Source of the DNA: Octopus vulgaris
Lineage: Eukaryota
Direction of reading: 5' to 3'
Assembly (NCBI GenBank): GCA_951406725.2
Contig: OX597829.1
Coordinates: 15,252,001 to 15,316,000, forward strand
DNA: 64,000 nucleotides
Below, in pieces: positions 40,703 through 55,018 of this stretch. The notes under the pieces are model-generated. The model searched no databases and had not been told where the DNA came from. It was given only the letters and a program-made list of their open reading frames with translations. Each line of letters opens with the position of its first letter. Positions within the stretch are counted from its first letter, which is position 1. A program made the position numbers and the translations under genes.

Positions 40703-42400
40703 TATATATACTCACACACATATATATGTATGTATGTGTATGCGTGTGTATGTATGTCTGTGTGCGAGCGTGTGTGTGCATTTGTGAATGTATGTCAGTA
40801 GATAGAAATAATAATGACCAGAAAGAGTAATATTAGTGCCTAATACTCGGAGTTGTACGATATTTATCAGAAGCTGTTCGCTCTACTACTATTTTATATT
40901 CCGACCCCCATACGATATATCTGAAAAGAAAATGCATTGGCCATTGCTACAATGCCTTTTTATTACAGGCCCTCTTTCTTTCTGACAAGTCTTGACTGAT
41001 TTTGTTGTATCGTTTGTTTGTTTGCTTGCTAATCTGTTCTGCATGTTTATATTTATCGTTCCATCACGGTGGAGTGCGTTTGAATTGAAACAATTCAGTA
41101 TGTATTTAAAATATCCAAGTGTGTTTGGTATTTAAATTTTTAAAATTAATTAAGCCTGTCAGATCATTAACATGAAACAAACTATTGTTACCCTCCTTTG
41201 AAACGGAATCTTTTGTTGTAGATTCAATTCATCTGCTTTACAAATATCGTGTATTTTTGCATCTTATATTTACTTTCTGTTATTTACACTCTGTTATGTC
41301 TACGCTGGTGTTGCGATTCAATCTTCGCCTGCTAAAAACATGAGAAAGTCTTTGTGTTTAGATATCATATGATAGACAGCGCCGATATTTATTTTGCTGA
41401 ATGCGAACATTTTTATATCATTGTTGTTTGTTTTCGGAGTGGGGTGAGGAGATAAATATTTTCTAAGATTATAATTTTGTACTAATTATTTCGTGTTTTT
41501 TGTTTGTTCTTGTTTTATTTTGATCATGTTGTTCTTGTTAGGGACAATTAATCTCTGATAATGTAAACCAATGTCTGAGGGTGATCCAGCAGTGGCTATC
41601 TAAGACTACGCTAGCTAATCAAGTGTTCACTTTTTGAAGACAGTAGGCGATAGTTTTTGAGAGAGGTTTTGCTGCTATTTCCTGTATGTCCTTGTTCTTG
41701 TCGTCGTTGTTTACTCTTGCCCAAGCAGCCTGATAGTAGACGCGATCAAATACAATCCGAACATGACTGTCCAATCTTTTGTTCACACAGTGTTTATGAT
41801 TGCATTATCCAATATATTATTTGTTGTCTTTAAAGTAATCAAGGCTTGCTTCTAAGGGAGGCTTAACAGTTATTTCTAGAAGAGCATTCAACTAATCAGA
41901 GGTTCCCACGTTAATTCAATTTGGTTATTTTAATCATCAAATGCCATTCAATGGCTGTTTAGATTCGGAATATGATATCATTGCTATAGCACACTGAATT
42001 GACAGCGATTAGTACATGCAGCATGTACAAATCATAGATTATCTGCTAGCCTGCTATTGAACCGTGTAATCGTAGTTTAAAGAACAATCAACCAAGAGAT
42101 AGCTTGTTCACATTTTGTCTGCAGGAACAACCACAACTCTCATAAGAGCCAGTATTTTTACAAACAGAAGGCACCGCACAAGTGAGATCAACTCGTAAAA
42201 GGAGAACTATTTTCAAGCGCGTTTCGTTAGTTTTCATCACTGAATTTCGCTCCTTTACTGATTACCACAATTAGCTTTTACTGGAATCATGTAAAGTTTA
42301 ACAAGGCTAATCCCTCATTTATTGTTTTATTTCAGTGTAAACCTCAAATAATCCAATATATTGACCAGGTACGAATATATGTATATTTTGAAATAATGTA

Positions 42401-42966
42401 TTGGTTTGTCCGGAAAGTTCGTGCCGATTTCTAAAGGAAAGAAAAAGGTCAATAAATACTTGCCATTACATTTTTAATCAACCAAATATGAACCATTTTA
42501 TTGCACAATGCGTCTCCATCTTTCCTTTAACTTGAAAATACCCTCTTCCCAGAATTGAGGTGGTTTCATGGTAAAGAATTCATCAAGGTATCTTTTTACG
42601 TCATCCAAGGAATTGAAGTTTTTACCATTAAGACTATTCTGCAGAGACCTAAAGAAGTGGAAATCCGAAGGAGCAATGTCTGGTGAATCTGGATGGTGGG
42701 GTAGCACATCCCAGCCGAGCTGCAGCAATTTTTGCCTGGTTCCCAAAGCATCAAGATCCGAAAATGAATTTTCTTATCTTCCATTTTAAAGAGTTACAGA
42801 ATTAACACAGGTTATAGGAACATAAACCTTCTTCCACGAAAATATAGCTTAAACTGTGCTTTAAATGGAGGTGTAGTCAAATCCTATTTTATGGACTCAA
42901 CCATGTTCTAAAATAAGTCGAAAGGTAAGCTACTATAAATCGGCTCGAACTTTCCGGACAACCCAA
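42401..42966 (-). mobile_element. Internally deleted mariner element (566 bp)
   Basis: TA-flanked TIRs ttggtttgtccggaaagttcgtgccgattt and aaatcggctcgaactttccggacaacccaa. N-terminal MEDKKIHFRIL is joined to C-terminal LGWDVLPHHPDSPDIAPSDFHFFRSLQNSL. Confidence 0.93.
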
Positions 42967-43311
42967 TATATATACACACACACGCGCACACACAGGAGGA
43001 AGGATTATGACTGTATATGTTACTCTTTTAGCATTAGTATGGATAATATTGTTTAGACATCTGGAAGTTGACGGCTGCAGCAAATTTTTTCTTAATTGAA
43101 TAAGAAGTGAATTTCGGTTGGTTAAGACTGAATGGGATAAAGGATAGAACGAATTAATGCTTGGTGAATCAGTAGCCGAAAGCAGAGGGAACGAGATGAG
43201 CATAAACAAAAATGTTATGTAGACCTGGAGTGATGTAAAGGAAATTTGATACTTGAGATATGTCGTTAGATTAGCGATGAAATAACGAGAGACGACAGTT
43301 GTGTAACTGTA

Positions 43312-43537
43312 GAGCTGGCAGAAACGTTAGCACGCCGAGCGAAATGCGTAGCCGTATTTCGTCTGCCGTTACGTTCTGAGTTCAAGTTCCGCCGAGGTCG
43401 ACTTTGCCTTTCATCTTTTCGGGGTCGATAAATTAAGTACTAGTTACGCACTGGGGTCGATGTAATCGACTTAATCTGTTTGTCTGTCCTTGTTTGTCCA
43501 CTCTGTGTTTAGCCCCTTGTGGGTAGTAAAGAAATAG
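43312..43537 (+). mobile_element. SINE family A
   Basis: Full-length copy ending aaagaaataggt. Confidence 0.92.
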
Positions 43538-43974
43538 GTAGATGTTTGATTGCAGAAAGGATGTGAATAAGTCCTTGATCCGTCACATAGGTGTCTATGG
43601 ATGTAGTCTATGACGTTTGTGTGTGTATGTCCTTGTGTGTGTGTTTGTGTGTGTGTGTGTCTGTGTGTGTGTGTGTGGACGGATCTATCATAGACAGTAA
43701 GAGGATTTTTTCTAGACTATTCCTACAAAGATCTTCATTATCTCTTTTTCGAATTCCCTATTTATTGGCATAGTAAAACCACTACATTCGATGTTTTTAT
43801 ACGTAACGAATCTCCCTTGATACAACTAGAATATACATGTTTCTTGGTTGTTTTTAATCTTTCTGACACTTAATTTTTCTAAACATGTTTTGGCACAATT
43901 ATAAGATGTGTTGTTATGTGTACCACAAGTTTAATATATTTACTTCAGGCTTCTGACAAAGACAGAAAAATGAT

Positions 43975-44350
43975 GCTTTACTCTTTTACTCTTTTACTTG
44001 ACTGCTTTACTCTTTTACTCTTTTACTTGACTGCGGCCATGCTGGAGCACCGCCTTTTAGCAGAGCAAATCTACCTCAGGACTTATTCTTTGTAAGCCTA
44101 GTACTTATTCTATCGGTCTTTTTTGCTGAACCGCTAAGTTACGGGGACATAAACACACCAGCATCGATTGTCAAGCGATGTTGTGGGGTGGACAAACACA
44201 GTCACACAAACACATACATATATACATATAGACGATGGGCTTCTTTCAGTTTCCGTCTACCAAATCTCACAAGGCTTTGGTTGGCCCGAGGCTATAGTAG
44301 AAGACACTTGCCCAAGGTGCCACGCAGTGGGACTAAACCCAGAACCATGC
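43975..44350 (-). mobile_element. SINE family B with duplicated tail
   Basis: Family B body; the tail segment tgctttactcttttactcttttacttgac is duplicated. Confidence 0.88.
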
Positions 44351-45877
44351 TAGTAGATTATTAAAACACTTGAAATCCAATGTTATAAACTTGGTAGGGT
44401 TCTCTTCTCCCCTAAATTTGCATAATTCGCTCGAATTAAGCTTAATTCCTATATTTTTTTCAAGTGACCAGAGAATACGTTTTCGGTCATTTGAACAAAA
44501 TTTTAAGACATTTCTTTTTAAATTATGTTTATACAGCCAAATTCTCCGAACGAAATTCGATAATCTTATAACTGACCAAATCCAACAACCCGCCTTCAGG
44601 AGTGTTGTATGAGGACTAACAGCCTCTATGCATTCATTGTCCTGGCGTAACGAGAAATCGTAAACGAGAGCGGACCGCTTATAGGATGATTATTGCCTTT
44701 GAGAAACGAAATATTAAAATATGATGTAAGTATTAATATCCGTCTATCTTTCCCTCCATCTATCCATATATATTTAAATATATATATATGTACACATATA
44801 CTGAATATCACAACACATTTTCTTTATGTTTATTATACCCCATCTATTGTATCCTTCTAATTGTTTAGCAGTTGCCGAACCTCCCTTTCTGTCTTTATTT
44901 CGAGTGTTTTACATTTTAGTAAGTCTAAAGCAGTAATCCCTCTACAAAGGGGTTCACTCTCGTTTACTATGAATTGTTGCGCAAAACTATGATTGCCTTT
45001 TCTCGATCTCGCTGTTATTGCCATCAAACGTAATTGTTGTAACAATCTATACTAGTGTAATTTTGCTTGCGTTTATATTCAACATTTCTCTTACTGAAAT
45101 TTAGCTTGTTAGTGTGAGTAGCATTTATATTCTCAGTGGATGTTACATACAACCGTTTGCGCTTTAAATGATTCTCTATCGTTCTTCAATTATATTTAAT
45201 GTTTTGCTGGAATCATGACACCTCCATCAATAGTTCTATAAAGTCGTAGATAAATACGCCTGAATAAGCAGGTGGTCATTGTAGCCTTAGGGCAGCATTT
45301 ATTATTCTGCCGTTTGTGTCTTAAGCAGTCTCTCTATGGCTGACAATTACGCATCCAATAACGTGTGAATGGGCAAGATCATTGATCAATCTATGTGCAC
45401 TTGTGTCTGTTTTTAAGTTGTGTAAGAAATTGCTCATAATACAGAGATTGTTTCAGGCATAGAATCTAAGAGGTTTTGTCATTAGAGTTAGTAATTCCGA
45501 CGCACCAATTCTCCACAAAAGTTCAAGACATGATTATTTGTAGTTTATTACAGTGTTGCTGAAATTACCACATAACATTATTATCTCATACATTAAACAT
45601 CGTCAATAAAACTTTGCTCCATTTAGAAGACTATATTAATTTTGTAGAAGATAAAAGATTTCGTTATTTTAGTAGTTTCCAACTGTTGTTACTATTGATT
45701 CTTAGCCCTGAGTCAGTTTTAAGTGAGTAGTTCCATAACTAAGACTACCTCAGCTATAATTATCCTGTATTTATTTTGTACATCGGGTAATGTATGGTGC
45801 TGTGTCAAATGTATTTTTTTTAAATATTTAAATAGTGTAATTTGAAGATTAGAGAGTTGTTTCCAGCTGATCAACTA

Positions 45878-46100
45878 CGAAAGGGCGCCACAAAGCACCT
45901 GGCTTTGGGTAAAAGAAAATGCAGGAAGATCAGTTAATTATGTTTTATTCAAAATATTGTCCTCGCAGATTCACAAACTTATTACGGCGGTCCGTTACTT
46001 TTCCTAAACTCTTTGAAAGAACTCGGAAGTTTAGAAGTTTAGACCTCCAACCAGGTCTTTCGTAATAAATTTAAGCCAGGAATTCTTCAGCACCCTTTGG
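45878..46100. mobile_element. Mariner-derived MITE copy
   Basis: TA-flanked; ends aagccaggaattcttcagcaccc. Confidence 0.75.
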
Positions 46101-46571
46101 TAATCGTGGAAAGGCTGACTTGCAATGAAAAGTGCTGACCGCCAGGTATGAGAATCCACTAACGAAAATTAATAGCCAACACAACTACGTGGACGCCCCG
46201 TCTCGATAACCATATTTCCAGCACATTTAACTCTAAAATAGTGTTGACGAGTAAACATTTAAATAGCGCTCAAATTGAATCTAGTCTAAAATAGTATGTA
46301 AGAGAGGAAAGTATGAAGGAAAAATAATTAATTATGTCACAGGGTAGATTTCGGCTAAAACTACTCCCATATATTTTAAGTTTGGTAAGATATAAGAGTG
46401 GGTATATTTGATGTGAAATTATTTAGTAAATACATCACATAAAGACATTAAATAACAAAAAAATTGTCTTATCTGTCTACGATCGAATATATTTTTTATG
46501 AATTTATCTAATAAATAGCGTACAAGATGATAAAGATGATGAGGCTTATTTTAACATGTGACAAATATTAT

Positions 46572-46647
<76 letters not shown>

Positions 46648-46658
46648 ATATGTATATA

Positions 46659-46703
<45 letters not shown>

Positions 46704-46726
46704 AATTTATATGTATATATATAAGT

Positions 46727-47119
46727 GGAGGCGTGGTTGTGTGGCAAGAAGCTTTCTTCGCAACCACATGACTCCGGGTTCAGTCTAACTGCTTGCACCT
46801 TGGGCAAGTGTCTTCTTCTATAACGTCAGGGCGGCCAAAGCTTTATAAGTGGATTTTGTAGGCGGAAACTGAAAGAAGCCCGTCGTATATATGTATATAT
46901 ATGTGTGTTTGTGTGTCTGCGTTTGTCTCCCAACATCGCTTGACAACCGATGCTGATGTGTTTACGTCCCCGTAACTTAGCAGTTCGGCAAAATTGATTG
47001 ATAGAATAAGTACTAGGCTTACAAAGAAGAAGTCCTGGGGTTGATTTGCTCGACTAAAGGTGGTGCTCCAACATGGCCACAGTGAAATGACTGAAACAAG
47101 TAAAAGAGTAAAAAGAGTA
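46727..47119 (+). mobile_element. SINE family B
   Basis: Head, CCTTGGGCAAGT, and (GTAAAAGA)n tail. Confidence 0.92.
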
Positions 47120-47469
47120 TAGGAAACACGTGTAATGCTCAAATTGGTATACTGGGTTTGTTTTATATTGAAAAGTTTCAACTCTATCCCTTATATTCAT
47201 GTTACTGCCAATACATGAATGTCGGAAAGCAGCAACAGGCTTAACACGTGGCATCGCATTTTATACTGTTTATCCTTCATGACCGTTTTTTTTATTAGTT
47301 TAATTCGTATTGGTAGGCGTAGTGCTCATAATTTTCGCTAGCCTTGCCTGCTTTTCCGAAAGAGTTCATTTATGATATAAGAATAATAACGCACTTCCTA
47401 ATTTATTAGCAACATAAAAAGAGGGGTTCAAAGTAAAATACAACTCATACAGAAGCTATTCTTTTATTA

Positions 47470-47843
47470 TTTTTTTTGTTTCAGTCATTTGACTGCGGCC
47501 ATGATGGAGCACCGCCTTTAGTCGAGCAAATCGACCCCAGGACTTATTCTTTGTAAGTTCTTATTCTATCGGGGTTTTTTTTGCCGAACCGCTAGGTTAC
47601 GACGACTTGAACACACCAACATCAGTTGTCAAGCGATAATGGGGGGGGAACAAACGACACACAAACATATACATATGTATATATACGACAGGCTTCTTTC
47701 AGTTTCCATCTACCAAATCCACTCACAAGGCTTTGGTCGGACCGAGGCTATAGTAGAGAACACTTGGCTAAGGTGCTACGCATTGGGACTGACCCGGAAC
47801 CATGTGGTTGGTAGGCAAGCTACTTAACACACAGCCACTCCTA
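47470..47843 (-). mobile_element. SINE family B
   Basis: Reverse-complement full copy; forms an inverted pair with 46727-47119. Confidence 0.9.
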
Positions 47844-48039
47844 TGTAGATGAATTTGTGTGGATTCTTTTCAATTTTTTCTTTCGTTTTTTCTTTTTGAT
47901 GTTTAAATGTACAGTTGTGAACTTGCTGCTTCTGTGTTATTAACACCACCTCTTCTCCCAATTGTTGTCGAATTTCTTGGTGTTACTTTAATTTTGCAAC
48001 TGAAGAGATTGGTGGTAGAGTTTGGAAGCGTGTGTGCGA

Positions 48040-48960
48040 AGAGGAAACTGAAACTGAATGTAGGTAAGAGTTAGGTGATGAGATGTTCAGGAGATGGAAT
48101 GGCTGATAGGAGGGATGTGCGTATAAACGGTCAGATGTTAAAAGAGGTGAGTGTTTTTAAGTATCTGGGACCACATGTGAGAGCAGAGAGGGTGAAGTTG
48201 GATGAGGAGTGCGATGTAGAGTGAAGGAGGGGATTAAGATACTTGGAGTTGTGAAAGGTGTGCCGAGAGATAAATGGTTGAGTATGAAATCGAAAAGATG
48301 TGTGTATGTGGGCGTGATTGAGCCGACAATGTTATATGGTACAGAGATGTGGAGGCTGAGAGAGGCAGAAAGGAGGTGAGTAGATGCGTTTAAGAGATGA
48401 GAGGTCTGAGGGTTATGGTTGGTGTGACATGGATGGACAGGATGAGGAATGAGGAGGTGCAAAAACGAGCAGGAATGAGAGAAAATCTATGTACCAGGAT
48501 GGAGAGACAAATGTTGAGGTAGTTTGGCCACATGAAGAGGATGGATGAGAAACAGATGGTAAGGCGGGTAATGAAGGCTGAAATTGTAGGCAGCAGAATC
48601 AGAGGCAGACCTTGGTTTGTGTGGATGGATGGAGTGAGGAAAGCTTTGGTGGTTCGAGGGGTTGGAGTGAGAGAAGCAAGAGAGTTTATAAGTGATAGGA
48701 ACGCTTGGAGAGTGTTTGTGGATGGATGAATGAACGTGATGTTGCTTATAGGGGTATGGAACCAGCATGATGTGGCAGGGGTAGACCAACATATGTTGTC
48801 AGGCTCTACTGCTGTTATCAGGGATTGCGTTCAATGCCTTAACCCAAACAAAGGATGGGGCTCGCCTTTTTGAGTTGGGAAATGAATGGAAGGCCTGGTG
48901 TGTGTCTTATTGTAGCTGTCCCCTCCTATGAGGAATAGGCCTTGGTAACTTTTAAAAAAT
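48040..48960 (+). pseudogene. RTE-clade LINE 3' fragment
   Basis: FKYLG; VIEPTMLYGTEMW; VTWMDRMRNEEV; FGHMKRMDEKQMVRRVMKAEIVGSRIRGRPWFVWMDGV..DRNAW. Confidence 0.88.
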
Positions 48961-49692
48961 AACTTTAATTTTGTTATCACTCTGCTCCACTAGCACTTGT
49001 CGCATCTTCCATACTGTTCCTGGCCTCGCCCTCTCTTTTCTTTCTCTCTCCCCCTTCTCTTTCTCTCTACCGTTATTGTTATATAATAAATCTATTTATC
49101 CTTCAACAGCAAGTAACATTTAAACTTTTTAGACTAAGCTTAAACTTCACCTCGTGCTCACAGTATAAAATATATTCAATTGCCTGAATTATTTGTATGA
49201 CTTTTGGCAGTACAGAACATCGCTATTTTAGTTAGATTCTATAGTTTTACACTATATAATTTTGGATTTCTGTGACTCTTTATGCCATATTACGTAAACT
49301 TTAAAAATCAGCTAGAACGTACATCACCAAATTATACAGGGGTTGTCTTCCCTTTCATCCAGAGATAGGCACTCTAACTTCAGATCACCATTTAACTTCG
49401 CTAAAACACTATCATAATCATATTTACTCTCAAACAAGATACTTCTTTGTAAACCATACCCCGTGATTTCTTCCTACTTTCTAGTCTTTCTATATTTTCA
49501 CCAAATCCTACAACATGTTTCACATGCATACATAAATACATAAATACACACGCGCGCACACACACATATATATACATAGATATATGTATATATATATTAT
49601 ATGTGTGTGTGTGTGTTTGTGTATGTATGTATGTATGTATGTATGTATGTATGTATGTATGTATGTATGTATGTATATATATATATATATAT

Positions 49693-49795
<103 letters not shown>

Positions 49796-51314
49796 GAGGG
49801 TGAGAAAGTAGATATTCATTTAATTAACATCGATTTCCCACCAGTGGTCTAAAATTTTTCTTGAGAACATTTCTTAGTGATAAGACCATAGCGGATCTAT
49901 TTCTAGCATAAGGGTGTCCACATAGTGGTTTCCCTCTAATATATATGTGTATATATATATGCTAACACTTACTATTTTGTTACATCTTTTTCCAGGTACT
50001 TCATCTGCTCCCTGTCTGCATCATGTTCACGAAGTGCCCCACTGCGAGGTCACACACTACCACTCTCACTTCTGCATTGTTTAGTTCGATATTAGCCCAA
50101 ACACACATCCTAAACAGCATACTCAATGATGCTTTAACACCAATAAATCTAGCAGACTCCATCAACTCACCAACAGCTTCCCGCTCAATCAACTTTTATC
50201 GATCCGCGTCATGCTGTAGTCGCCATTTCTGAAAATATAAATTTTTCACTCGCTGATCACTCAATTCAACGTATCGCCTAAACTTTATCCCGCAAATATA
50301 CCAAGCTAACTGAATTCAGTCTGCAATTCCATTTTTTCTGCTTGCGAAGCGTCACTGCAATACAGATCTATTTACATGTTTTACATGTGGAGTTGGATTG
50401 ACTTCACAAGTAAACCACCTGATAAAAGCGAAGCTGTTGTTTGGTGAATTGAACTTTACTGAGAAGCAGCTCTCAAGAAGTTCAACTGTATTAGATTTAT
50501 AGCATAATCTACCAACATCAAATACACCAGACCTAAAACCTTGTGTCCCTGCCTATTAAAAATATATAATACCGTTCTCTACCTTCGCTCCCGCCTCTAC
50601 TACCCGCCTGATCGATGCACATCTCACCTCCTCTAACTATTTTCCCATTAACTTTTCTCGTTAAACTATTCTGATCTCCCTACGGTTTCTGCAGTTATCC
50701 CACTGTCCTCCTCTCTAACTTGATAAACTCATGTTATTCTACAATGATGTCTCAAATCACGAATGGTAACCACGCCTTTCACTTTCTCAATTCCCTTTCC
50801 TTCTTAATAAAATATCCATAAGTTCTGCTGAAAGGGGACCTGCAATCCATGATCAACAGGATGATAGCAATTAGCTCTTGTCCCTTAAATCATTTTATGA
50901 CCTCTTCTCATTAATATTCGTCATTACTAACATCAGTCTCGCTACAGTCGACCTTACCTTCAACAATGATACCGTCAGCCCAACAAACTTCTTGGATGCC
51001 AGGGTTTTAAAATATATCCTCGAAACACCAACACATTCGCAAGCCTTTCTGAAACTCAAAGTTTTACTCAGATTATTGGATATACTCCGCAAATGTTTGG
51101 TGATTATATCTCGGAAGATGAACTCTTTACCTCAAATTCTTTCATTAACTGTTAACATTTAATTTTGGAATCTGCATATTTCCAATATTTGTGTTATTTT
51201 CCTAAATATTTCTGTTACTAACGATATCCCTTACATTTCATTCTTTTTAATTATAAACTATTATCCTCCGTCTCTCGCTACATCATCCTGTTCGGTCTTT
51301 ACGCTCATTCGATG

Positions 51315-51558
51315 CAATAGCTGCGGGCTCAAAGAGGATTCGTAGCAGCTCCTTCACTAGCTGGTTGGACGTGGTTAAGGAAGATCTCCAGAGGCTCGAT
51401 GTCACCTTGGAGGATGCAGAGGGGCTGGCACGGGACCGCCAGTGAAGGAGAGTCCTAGTGGACCTGGTCGGCTCTACATATGATGGTCGCCTCTGGGACC
51501 ACTAACCTGAGCTGACCCCAGCCCCATCAAACAAGAGCATGAAGCCATGAAGCCATGC
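51315..51558 (+). mobile_element. RTE-clade LINE extreme 3' end
   Basis: SWLDVVKEDLQRLDVTLEDAEGLARDRQ*RR followed by a (CATGAAGC)n-like tail. Confidence 0.7.
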
Positions 51559-52013
51559 CATTGTTTTATGCTCTTACCAAAACGTATCCTCCTCTCACGC
51601 TCCTCCCACACAACTGCCAACCGATTAGTAGTTTTCTAGTAGTTTTATGAACTTTATTCACAACACCAACAGTTCCCAAACTGGGCTGTACTGCCCCGCT
51701 GAGAGCGGTAGGAAGACCCAGGGGCGTTGAAGAAAAATGGTGCGATAACGAGGTGCCAAAGTGTGAGTGCATGGGGAAGGTGATAATACCTTCCTCCCAT
51801 AATATTTTTCAATAGTATACCCAGTTTTAGAAAATAGTGTCGAAAAATCGATCTCAAAAATGCTGTGCATTTTCTTAAAATAAGAACAGAAAAATAAAAA
51901 ATAAATAATAATAAATAAATAACCCCAAAAGGTTACTGATATAGCTGGTCTTAAAATTCCCAAGAGAATTATGCAATGTCGCGGCCAAGGCCACCTAACG
52001 CACGCTCGCTTAC

Positions 52014-52108
52014 CGCACTCCAGCCGTAGTCTATCGCAGCCGTTTCGATCGAGCGTACGCTTGGACCATCGGGACGAAGAAGCAGCAGCCCCGTCTTTCG
52101 ATTCTCAT
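52014..52108 (-). other. Candidate coding exon (95 nt)
   Basis: ctgcag acceptor and GTAAGC donor; CpG-rich; open in phase 1 to phase 0 as ENRKTGLLLLRPDGPSVRSIETAAIDYGWSA. Confidence 0.4.
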
Positions 52109-52226
52109 CTGCAGTTCGATGAATGATATGACACTCAACACTGACAAATTCAACAACATCAGCAGTGACAGGAAGAACAGCAACAACAAAATGAAAAGAA
52201 TATATGTATATATATATATATACATA

Positions 52227-52540
52227 GGCGCAGGAGTGGCTGTGTGGTAAGTAGCTTGCTAACCAACCACATTGTTCCGGGTTCAGTCCCACTGCATGGC
52301 ACCTTGCGCAAGTGTCTTCTGCTATAGTCTCGGGCCGACCAGAACCTTGTGAGTGGATTTGGTAGACGAAAACTGAAAGAAGCCTGTCGTATATATGTAC
52401 ATATATATATATGTATGTGTGTGTATATGCTTGTGTGTCTTTGTTTGTCCCGCTAGCATTGCTTGACAACCGATGCTGGTGTGTTTACGTCCCCATAAAT
52501 TAGCGGTTCGGCAAAAGAGACCGATAGAATAAGTACTGGG

Positions 52541-52543
<3 letters not shown>
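52227..52543 (+). mobile_element. SINE family B, 3' end broken by (TA)n
   Basis: ggcgcaggagtggctgtgtggtaag head. Confidence 0.9.
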
Positions 52544-52602
<59 letters not shown>

Positions 52603-52754
52603 AAATAGGGTTCAGTAAAATAATTTAGTTTACTACACACCGAACTTTTTAGAAATAGCAGCCAAAAATTTTAGCTATTTCTTCTACTGTAAGAAAGATC
52701 TCCCAGACAATGCATACTCAAAAATAATTAATTAGTTTTACCCTTTTATTATTG

Positions 52755-52801
<47 letters not shown>

Positions 52802-53235
52802 TTATGAATTTGTGTTGCAAGATTCCTGATGTGAAACCGTGTGTTGAAGCGGATATCGTTGCTTTACGGGATGGTCATATTGTGTTTTATTTTTTCTTTG
52901 CCGAATAAACAAACGTGTTATATATTTGTTGTTCAATCGTTTATCACTGTTGTTATTTTAACTCTTCTCTGGAAAAACTTTCGTACCACATCCGTGACCT
53001 CTTCAGCGACACTTTTCGCTCATTCCATTCTCCTCGTGAGCAGCAACTTTACTGAGAAGTAATGTTTATCTCCACACCAATATACATCGGGTGCTTATTG
53101 CCTCGAAAACCAATTAGAGGAGGCTCCTCCTGGGGTTAAAAACGGTAGTAACGTCGGTTCCTACGGAAGACCCATAATGATATGTCGATAAACATTACTG
53201 ATAAATATGTACATATATATATGCAAGCATGTATA

Positions 53236-53316
<81 letters not shown>

Positions 53317-53329
53317 ATATATATATAAT

Positions 53330-53678
53330 GTCGCACTCTGTCGGTTACGACGACGTGAGATGCAGTTGATCCGATGAACAGAACAGTCTAGCTGAGCACT
53401 CCACAGACATGTGTACCTCTTAACGAAGTTCACGGGGAGAGTCACCGTGACACAGAGCGTGAAAAGGCTGGTTCTTTGAAATGCAGGTACAACAAGAAAC
53501 AGGAAGGCAGAGTGAAAGAAAGTTGTGGTGAAAGAGTACAGCAGGGTTCGCCACTACTCCCTACCGGAGCCTCAAGGAGCTTTAACTGTTTTCGCTTAAT
53601 AAACACTCACAACGTCCGCTCTGGGAATCGAAACTGCGAGTCCGCTCCGCTGGTCTAACCACTGGGCCATTGCACCTC
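53330..53678 (-). mobile_element. SINE family C head with family-D-type 3' half (tail type 3)
   Basis: Head as at 40401; 3' half gtctgtggagtgctcag...gtcgtcgtaaccgacagagtgc resembles 22110-22235. Confidence 0.8.
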
Positions 53679-53751
53679 CACACAGTTCCAAACGGCAGTC
53701 TCCAGTAAGTATTCCTTTGGGATCTGCTGAGGGTACCACTTACCTTTGACC

Positions 53752-53981
53752 TACTTCTTTATTACCACAAAGGGCTAAACACAGAGGGGACAAACAAGGA
53801 CAGACATAGGTATTAAGACGATTACATCGACCCCAGTGCGTAACTGGTACTTAATTTATCGACCCCGAAAGGATGAAAGGCAAAGTCGACCTCGGCGGAA
53901 TTTGAACTCACAACGTAACGCAGACGAAATACCGCTAAGCATTTCGCCCGGCGTGCTAACGTTTCTGCCAGCTCGCCGTCT
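53752..53981 (-). mobile_element. SINE family A, with 15-bp TSD
   Basis: cacttacctttgacc at 53737-53751 and 53985-53999. Confidence 0.93.
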
Positions 53982-54042
53982 TAGCACTTACCTTTGACCG
54001 TCTTCTACTAATGTCAAATATGTGTGTGTGTGTGTATGTATG

Positions 54043-54138
<96 letters not shown>

Positions 54139-54444
54139 TGCACACACACGCACACATCTATAAAGACATGTATATATGTATAAACAAATGCATATATGCG
54201 TGTATGTGTGTGCAAGTATGTTCGTGTGAATGTGTGTGTGTGTGCATATATAATGAAGTAAGTTTTGTATTTATATACATTTACATACACATACGTTCAC
54301 ACACTTATTTGGCGTCGGTAAAAAGGCCAGAGGTCATTCTACTTGCCCAAATCCCCAGAGAGTAGTAAGTGATGGAACAGTCCACTAAGGCCATAAATAC
54401 TCTCTCTCTCACACACACACACGCACATACATACACATATACAC

Positions 54445-54534
54445 ACTTGTGTACATACATGAGTTTGTATGTGTATATATCAAGGTATATATACCTTGAT
54501 ATATACACATACAAACTCATGTATGTACACAAGT
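54445..54534. repeat. Perfect 90-bp spacerless palindrome
   Basis: Base-by-base reverse-complement symmetry around 54489/54490. Confidence 0.95.
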
Positions 54535-54552
54535 ATGTATATGTGTACACAA

Positions 54553-54591
<39 letters not shown>

Positions 54592-55018
54592 TGTGTGTAC
54601 ACATATATATATACACGCATAAACATACATACTCACATAATTAAAAAAATAGAAGACATTTATACATACGTACTTACAGGCATGCGTACGTACTTACATA
54701 CATGTAAAAATCGATGGAGAGAGAGATTGATTACTTTCACTTAATAAATCGTTTCTGTTTTTTAACAACTACACTTTTTAAGTTTGCTTGCTGCTGTTCT
54801 CTTGAGTATGAAGTTTTCGGTGAAAGGTACGAAATGCTTCATATCTTCCATAATTTGGCATCTTGTCTTATTTTCTAAGTAAAGAACTATACAATGATTG
54901 TAATGCATTTTTGATAAATGTAATCGGCACTTAAATTGGTTTTCAGTAATTATATAAATTTTGTAAATTTTCAGTATCGAACAAACTTCAGAATTTGTCA
55001 CCATACATTTGTTTAAAA

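Noticed and set aside
49990-51280. Possible ancient LINE remnant on the minus strand
   Set aside because: Composition is suggestive, but I could not recover diagnostic RT or endonuclease motifs.
54778-54873. Minus-strand exon candidate NKTRCQIMEDMKHFVPFTENFILKR
   Set aside because: The acceptor is plausible and in phase 1, but there is no convincing donor.
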